A stretch of DNA of 64,000 bases. Origin: the human T2T-CHM13v2.0 reference genome, Homo sapiens. The translations under genes were made by a program, and so were the position numbers. The notes under the pieces were generated by a model. The model made no database searches and was not told where the DNA came from. It saw only the letters and a program-made list of their open reading frames with translations. Each line of letters starts with the position of its first letter. The stretch's first letter is position 1. The stretch lies in assembly GCF_009914755.1 (NCBI RefSeq), contig NC_060926.1. The stretch is one strand, 5' to 3'. Below, piece by piece: positions 55,861 to 64,000 of the stretch.

Positions 55861-58800
55861 TGTAACCTTAGTTTCTCACAGCAATTCTCTCTACTGCTTC
55901 TTCATGTCAGGGTTCTTCTACTCGAATGCCAGTGTTTCTATACATAGAATTTCCCATTGTTTTCTCTGACACTAACTTTCTACCTGACTGGATTTCTGCC
56001 ATTGCCTGCCATAACCCTTCCCAGTCAGAAATTAGATTCAGTTGGAATTGAATCATAATCCATTTAATTTTTACCTTTTCTTTTGTGGACTGATTTTGGC
56101 CTTACAAATGACCTTAAGCTTTTCAGACCCCACTCAACTGCCATTAGAATACTACACAGCAGCTTTGTCCCCACGCCCAGCCACATGTTTTTCTTCTTCC
56201 CAAGCTCAGGTTGTATAGCCTGTAGATATTCATACCTGACCAAGTACTTTTGGATGTGCCATCTCATTTAATTTTTGCAGTAATTCTGTTGAAGCACTGT
56301 AAAAGGTCACATGAGATAACGGAGACTTGCCTTTTAAAAATATTTAGTTAAACCACATGACATGGCTGATATTTGGATATCTTTGACCTACAAAAACAAT
56401 TTCTTAGGATTCAATCTAATCCTTCCTTGAATATGCAAGATATGAGTTCTTAAATAGTTTTAGTTCACGAAGCGCATCAGCACAGGTACATATAAATGTC
56501 ACACTTCATTCTGATATTGTATTTGCCACACTAAAATGAGGAAAGGCATCTTATGTTTTCTTTTGGCATAAAGCACAGGATTCCAAGGGACTAAGATATA
56601 ATATGATATAATAAAAGCTCATTGTAGTGCTGGGAAAAGTAAGTCATTCATTATCATTACTGCTAATATGTGTAACTGATAACCCCAGAGTTTATTTATA
56701 AATGTAGCAAGTATTTCTCACAGCATCCACAAGACAATTTTTAGTTCGAGAGGCTGCATAAAATGAGTACTTTCCCAATACCCATTTAGGCAAAATTATC
56801 CACTCAATAAAAATGTTCTAGAACTTTGGACACTGTGTTCTGAGGTCGGATTGTTTTTGATAATAGATTATGAGGTCATGTTTTTCTCTTGTACCAGTGT
56901 ACCAAGAAGAGGATTTAAATTTTCTTAGTGACAGGAATCTCAGTCTGGGCCTTCTGACTTTCTTCCTGCCAGTATCTTTAATTGCCATGTGTTCTTATTG
57001 AGAAGAAAAGTTGTCATCAGGTTCTCTTTGATATTAAAATGGTTTCAAACACCTCGATTTGATTTAATTTAGGTCTGATATTGCTAAGCCTCTACTAAAC
57101 ACAATTTCAAATGATTTCTCTTTGATCACTATTCTATTGGTGAGATAAACTTCTCAGAAGTGGCTTAAAATCTGTTTGCTTTGTTTTTTGACAAAGTTAT
57201 CTGCAGATTTGCCCATTAGCTTTTTCCTATTAATCAAGTTAATTTAAATCTAACTGCTAAGTAGGTTTTCCTTAGAACTCTTTTTAAAAAAACTGTTGAA
57301 GAAATGTGTCTCTGGTGGATTATTCTGATTTCCTAAACTCAGACTCTAAAATTGTGTGTTTTCATTTAAGAGTCTGAGAATTGCTAGTGTTCAATTTGCT
57401 CAGATTGGATTTTAGTTATGAGAAATCTAGACACATGGAAAAAAGTGCTTTTTAATCAGTTCTTGAAATCAATATAGCAATAAAGCAATACATGAGAAAT
57501 TATTTTGAAAAAAATTGTATAGGGTGGATGTCACAGAGTATTCTACATGAATACTCATTTCATATCTTGCATGAGGTACTTTATCATTTACACTAAATTA
57601 TTCTACTTAGGAAACTTCATCACTGGCACATCTTTTTGTAAATAACTACCTTTCCTCAATTTTATATGTCCAATATATTCTACTTTAGGTCAGTTTTTCC
57701 CAAACCTCTGCCATTAATTTACTTACCTTTTTATTACCTTTGCCATATTCTAATCCATATTTATTTGTTTCTTTAAATTGATTTTCAATCTTCTTATACT
57801 TCTAACTGAGCCTTAAACTATAAAACTATATGTTGATGCATATTTTTCAAATGTACATTAAATAAATACTTTGCTGTTAGCACATAAATTGATAACCATG
57901 TACTACCTATAGTTATTATGTCTTCCACTAGACTAGATACCATAGGTATCTGTTTAGGAAAAGCTTTTGGTTGTCTTATATGATCTATATAAATATAGAT
58001 ATTTGATAATACCTGTTTTTATTAACCTGAAGATTGATTGAAATGAAATAAAACTGTGGGAACTTAGTGTATAAAAAAGAACATTATATTTGGTATTACA
58101 TGAACTAGAAGATCTATCTTCTAATTGCTTTTGTACCTCTTGCTTGCAATATAGTTTTGGGGACGTACATTTCCAAGGTCAAACCAGTTGCTGCATCTAC
58201 ACATTAAAGACATAGAATCATTAAAATAATCTCTAAGATCTCTTTTAGCTCTTAACTTTCTAGGAGAGTCAAAAATTCTTTGTAGCACTCTTGGATGACT
58301 TATTTGGGGCAATGTGTATTCTAAGCTGCATTACTGCTATATTTTGTAATTAAAATATTTTGTATTACTGGTGAGTATTAACCTTTAATTTTCATATTTC
58401 ATGTGAGTTGTCTTCTCTTTATTAGAGTTAGATGTTTGTCCTGGTGTCCCAGTTCTATTCCCACTTTCTCATTCAACTACATGCACAGTGTAAGAAGTGG
58501 GGTGCTGCTGACATTTAAGGCGTGTAAAAAGGCATGCAAATTATTTAGCTAGCTGAGTTTAGTCACTAGCAGGTAGTAATCATGAGCCATTGTGCATAGT
58601 GGATGACAACGGCGAAAATACCTGACTTGTATCTTTCCTATGACATTAGGCAAGCTTATCAAATATTCTGATCCTCCATGTTGTCACCTGAAACAAAGCT
58701 TCATTACTGAAGGATATGGGTCAAGGGATGACTGGTCATTCACTGGGATAGTCATGATACTCATTTATATCCCAGTATCAGTCACATTTGACATTCAGCT

Positions 58801-61719
58801 GGAGTGATGGCAGATGTAGATAACATCGGTCTTTCAGTGTATGCTTCATGGAGGATAATGATGGTTTGCAGCTGTTATGTTCAAATGGGACTTAGAAAAT
58901 AGCCTACTAATTAAATGACTAAATCAAATAAAACTACACATTTTAAAATTTCTCCTTTATTTAAACTTAGCAAATTATATTTTTTGATCTTCTATACTGA
59001 GTTTCTGACTTACTCATCTCAGCCCAATTTGTGTATATCTGAGCTTTGAGTGGAATGTGCCCTTCCAAACTATAATACTTCTATAGAATGTGAATATTTT
59101 TACACGTTGCTTATGGAACACTCAACTTCTTGAAATTCTCATCTGATTTGCTTTGCTCTTACACAAATTACATGTGCTACACATATATACATTGAAACAA
59201 AGCCACTTTTCCAAACAGCAAGTTCTCTTACCATGGAAGTGTGATCCAGTTATCTTTGATATTTCATTTCTCTTAAATATCTTTTAGCAACACACATCTT
59301 AGAAAGTGTTGTCATTTTTTATAAGGTGATATATTTTAGGTGAATTTTCATATTTGTAGAAACCTATTTTTTCCACTCTTCACTAAATGAACTCAGATTT
59401 GGTTACTCATACTAAATGCTCTGGCTAAACATCAACGAACAGAAATCATTTATCAGTCTAAACCAACTTTATATGCATTTATAGAATATATTCACTTTCA
59501 TATAAAATTTTACAATTCCGTATATATTAAAGCACTATCTGGACTCAAAATCACTAAATTTGAAGTTTCTATGTAATATAATAACTTCTAAAATGGGAGG
59601 TTTATACAATACTACAAAGGAAAATCATATTTGGATCCATGGGTTTTATTTGCTTTTTTGATTTTTTTTCTTTTCAGGATTACAAACAATAAGTCTTACT
59701 GTTTTTCAAATTATATCCTTATTTGCTAATTTGATTTACAAATGCACATGATCTTTGAGCACATTTTCTTTGCATCATTCCAATGTTTACGCTGCTAACT
59801 TAACTACTTAGATACTTGCCACGTACAGTCTCTAGCTCTTTATGAGAAGCTACAATGGAAGAAATGTGTGACTTGCATTCATAGTACTGTGAATCTGTTC
59901 ACTCACTGAAATTCACTAAAAACAGAACCTGTTTTCAGCCATTCCTTGTTTCAATCTGCATTCCTTGTCTGAATAACTGTAATAAAATAGGACAAAACAA
60001 ATTTTGATGGGCAATTTCATCGTAGCCCATCTGTTCGGTTATGCTGGGAGGCAGGAACCTAGTCTTATCTGTCCTGCTGTTTGCAGGGCTGTCTTAATAA
60101 AGTTTGGTGAATCAGAACTACAAGGTATTTCATTTACTTCTATGTGTATTCCTGTGTTTTGACTTTCCTTCCCCTGCCCTTCACAGTGGAGTTAAAGCAG
60201 GAATCTAGTGGCATCAGAGATTGGAGTCTAAATGAGGTTGAAACTAGACCGGGTATCCTATTCAAGGTAGTCTTGAAAATAGAGCATCAGCGGGACAAGT
60301 CCCAGGTAGCCACTAGGGAAAACTGAGATTCAAACACTAGGAAACCAAATATATACTCCAAGTTCAAATGACAAGAGAAATCTAAAGTGAAGTTTCAGAG
60401 CCAAGAGTCAGCAGGTGGGCAGAGACCAGATCAGCTCTGGAGCTGATCATAATCCAGTAGGGAGAATTGCTGCCTGTAGCGATGGTTCCTGGAACTACCA
60501 TTCACCTACTGGAGGCTTCCTAGAATTGAAAGATCATGAAAATGTGGACAACTACCTTAAGAGCTAAAACGAGGCAAAGGTGAGACTTACGGTCATCTCT
60601 TACCTTCCTGGTAAAATTTCTCAGATCATCTGATACAATGTAAGACAATCTGCTTGTGATCCATAGGCCACTCGTTCTTCCTCCAAAATGGCCTTGTACA
60701 TGTTACTATATTTTATTTGAATGTAAACACAATTACCAAGCAGTAAATAATGATTTTCCTTACCCATTGATTAGTGCATGTTGATACTGAAGATGCATTG
60801 ATTTGTACAAGCCTAGCTTGAAATGGAGCAGATGGGTATGTAAAGGTTTACTCAAAATCAATGTGAATTAGATTGCTGCTCCTCAGTAAAATGAATTATA
60901 AGTTAGAATGGCTATTTTCTTTAACTTAATGTAATAGAATGCTGTCTAAGGCAATCTGTTAAGGTAGACTTACTGAAAATGTAGCCTTTGATCTCAAAAA
61001 TAAGCATTCCCAAAACAACATGATTTAATGAGCAAAGACAATATTATGTCTAAGAAAATGTAGTTAAGGCATTGTAGCAAATGTCCTGGAAAAATGTTTG
61101 ACAATAAACTTGTTTTCTTTTAAAAAATAATAATCATGTTCTTTCGAGTTATACAGTATTACACTGACTGCTTTTTTTCCTTGATTGTTTGTAAATATTC
61201 ACATATACATATGTTACAGTGGTTTAATCACTGTACTGCTCACAGTGCAGCAGTGCTGATGGATAGCTTTTGTTAAAGAAATATCATTAACATTTATATC
61301 CTTGTTTACTGCTGTTGCTTACAATGTAAAGAAAACAATAATCCATTTATAGTCCACTGGCTGTATATTCAGGCTTTGTTCATTCCTTTAAAAAGAATAG
61401 TCCAACCATTCATGTTCCTGAAATATTAAGGGAATAGGCCATTCTTTGTCCAACTTCTTAAATAGATCTTTGAGTTTCGGAAAAACTATGGGGGAGAGAA
61501 ATGTGTCAAAGGAAGTACCACAGACTGTGTTTTATCCCAGTATAGGGTGCTGCTTTCGCAGAAAAGCGAAAAACATTCCCAAATAAGAGTATATTTTTGT
61601 TTTGCTACTGGAATTATTCCTCAGATGGCTTGTGCCTGTTTTTAGAGTGATACAAATTTGCAACGTGTACCTATGTGTGGATGGATGTCTCATAAGTCTA
61701 TTGTCATAAATGTGACTAT

Positions 61720-61960
61720 TCAGTATATCTTTATTGAGCACGTATGTTGTACCAAGTAACATACTGTGTACTAGAAATTTAAAGAAATAGAAAGCAGAGC
61801 TCCTGCTTTCAAGGAACTCAGTTTGATGTGGCACCATGATAGCTCTCAGGCAATTTAAGTCTATACAAGAATTCAGAGAAGGAAGGATGAGATTAATCCA
61901 GCCAAAAAGGGTTGAGGCATTTGACTTGGGATTATAAAGATGAATCATACTTTAGAAGCA
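61720..61960 (-). mobile_element. L2 3' end remnant
   Basis: TTTATTGAGCACGTATGTTGTACCAAG..TCCTGCTTTCAAGGAACTCAG. Confidence 0.6.
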
Positions 61961-62494
61961 TGGGGAAGGGGAGTGAAGATGGGGTTGGTTAAAAACCTAG
62001 GAAATTTGAAAACAAAAAATGAAAATACAAAACACAATTTGGAAAGATGGGTTATGTAAAACAATTGGAGCATGGAGTGAGTGGTGGGGAAGAAAGTAAA
62101 GTGATCTTGCATAAATAGCCTAATTTCTCTACATATTTTTCATATTAAACACCCAAAAGAACAGCTTATTTTTGTCTGATATTTAAGTTATGTTTATAAA
62201 GATTTTATTGAGCAGAATGTGATCAACACTGCTGGTATTACAAAGCATAGGGGCATGTTGTAGATTAATTTGTATGATGTATCCATATACGGTTTATATG
62301 CATATATAGCATAAACGCTTCCTTCAAGATTGGTATATGTGTAACCTAAATTAGTCTCTAGCTCCAATTCTGATACTGTTTAAGTATGTAACATTGGCTA
62401 AGTTATAACATTTCTAAAATGTAACTAGACGGTCTATAATTCTTTCAGCCAAAACCTTTTGGAGTGATCTTATGACTTTGTGATTCAAGGCTGA

Positions 62495-62722
62495 ATATTT
62501 GGAATCAGACTGTCCTGGATTGAAATCCTAGCTCTCCTGCTTGCCAGTTGTGTAAACTTTATCATTTTGCTGTAATACAGTGTATTCTCTAATCCTCAAA
62601 TCCCTCTTATATAAAACTAAAAATAGTGTCTATCTCATAGGATTGCCTTTAGATTTAGTGTAAAGTGCTTAGCCCATTTCTGTCACATAGTGAGTACTTA
62701 ACAGATGCTGCCTATTACTATT
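62495..62722 (+). mobile_element. MIR SINE
   Basis: TTTGGAATCAGACTGTCCTGGATTGAAATCCTAGCTCT..TATCTCATAGGATTG..TAAAGTGCTTAG. Confidence 0.75.
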
Positions 62723-63426
62723 GTGCGATTCCATACTGATTAGTAAAAGAATCATATCCACTTAATTTCTGGGCCTTTGAATGTCAAAAACTAGGCCTGT
62801 GTCATTCTAATAAGCATGATTAGGCTTTTTAAATAAACATTATTCACCTCAGTCTTGGGCAGTGATTTCTCATGCTTGAATTTTAGTTTTGGCTTTCCTA
62901 AGACTTCTTAGTTTAGCTTCTGGCACTCTTTCCAAGACTTATTTATTTTGGAAAACTAATATGACTCATGTCTCAAGATAACTGGCCCTTGACTGCCATA
63001 CTTGATTTAGTTTGCCCACAGTTCTTGGTAAAAGATCCTGCTACTACTGAGCCCAGTCCCATGGAATCAGCTCTAACTAAGCTATCACTTCAGACATAGA
63101 AGAGTAAAGAACAAAGAGTAAAGAAGGCAATGAAGATAAACAACTGAGTGTCCACAGGAACTGGTGGCACCCTATTTTCACAAAAGAATTGGCATTAAGA
63201 ATTGGAATGGTCCTTGGAAGTTTCTATTCTAACACATATTTTCAGAGTGTAAAAAATGATCACAAATTCTACCCCCACCCCCACCCCACCCCACATCAAG
63301 AAGTGAGTCTATCTAGTTTCTCGCTTCTTGAGTCTGGACTAGTCTTATTACTTGCTTTTCTGACATACATGACATAGAATAAAATAGAGTAGGTTTTGAT
63401 TCTCAGACTAAAGATTTGTATATTTC

Positions 63427-63488
63427 ATCTCTCTCTCTCCCCCACCTCTCCTTTCATCTTTTCCTCTCTCTCTTTCTCTTTTTCTCTC
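63427..63488. repeat. CT-rich low-complexity tract
   Basis: ctctctctctcccccacctctcctttcatcttttcctctctctctttctctttttctctc. Confidence 0.8.
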
Positions 63489-63499
63489 GGAGAATGTTT

Positions 63500-63785
63500 A
63501 GCATATGAGCAAGCCAGTTTAACCTATTGGTGGGTGAGAGACCATGTGTAGAGAGGTCCCATTCATCCCAGTCTTTCTAGTCAAAGTCATCTTAAACTAG
63601 CCAACCCCCACCCAACCCAAAAGCTCTTGCCAAATGCAAGAGAAAACTTGATATACAAGAAGAAAAAATAAAGCCCAGCTAAGCCCAGACAAATTGTTGA
63701 CTTACAGAATTATGAGCTAAAAAAACTGGTCATTGTTTTATGCACTAAGTTTTGCATAACTGCTATACTAAGCAATGCATGAATC
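63500..63785 (+). mobile_element. Old MLT1-type LTR remnant
   Basis: GAGACCATGTGTAGAGAGG; CCCAGCTAAGCCCAG..ACAGAATTATGAGC..TTGTTTTATGCACTAAGTTTTG. Confidence 0.6.
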
Positions 63786-64000
63786 ACCTCTAAAATACTG
63801 CCTACAAGTGGCCAAATAGCTATTGCATTAAGGAAGAAATTTTCTCCCCACATTCATTTTCATGAGTGTGAGGATACTATATGGCTCAATAATTAGCGTA
63901 GGTCAACCTTTCAAACCCTTTAAAGTATTAAAGTAATCACGTGAGTTTTCATTATAACAGATTTAAATCACAAATGAAATTGTCAGTTTATTTTTGAGTT

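Noticed and set aside
61532-61948. 138-aa minus-strand ORF
   Set aside because: Overlaps an L2 remnant; no homology or codon signal recognised

Overview
Primate, most likely human, genomic DNA. It is AT-rich, CpG-depleted and dense in interspersed repeats. The only supportable protein-coding sequence is one 181-bp internal exon (2472-2652, + strand) of the polypeptide GalNAc-transferase GALNT13, encoding [11 protein letters not shown]...FFYIISPG of the catalytic domain. The rest is intron, and I did not find the next coding exon in the 61 kb downstream. The intron carries about a dozen Alu/FLAM/FAM elements, solo LTRs (MER4-group with a nested LTR9-like LTR, LTR8, MER11, LTR37-like, MER74, THE1, MST, MLT1, MLT2A), L1/L2/MIR remnants and DNA-transposon fossils. 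Nearly all ORFs in the supplied track are repeat-derived or chance ORFs. I see no prokaryote-type system and no new gene. The most unusual features are a perfect 55-bp inverted duplication of unique flank placed inside an Alu-tail microsatellite (14198-14388), a 68-bp near-perfect AT-rich palindrome (12004-12071), and several candidate RNA-processing signals (intronic stop plus polyA just after the exon, a UG-repeat-flanked cryptic exon, a recursive-splice-like site). Repeat subfamily names come from recall of consensus sequences, not from a search.
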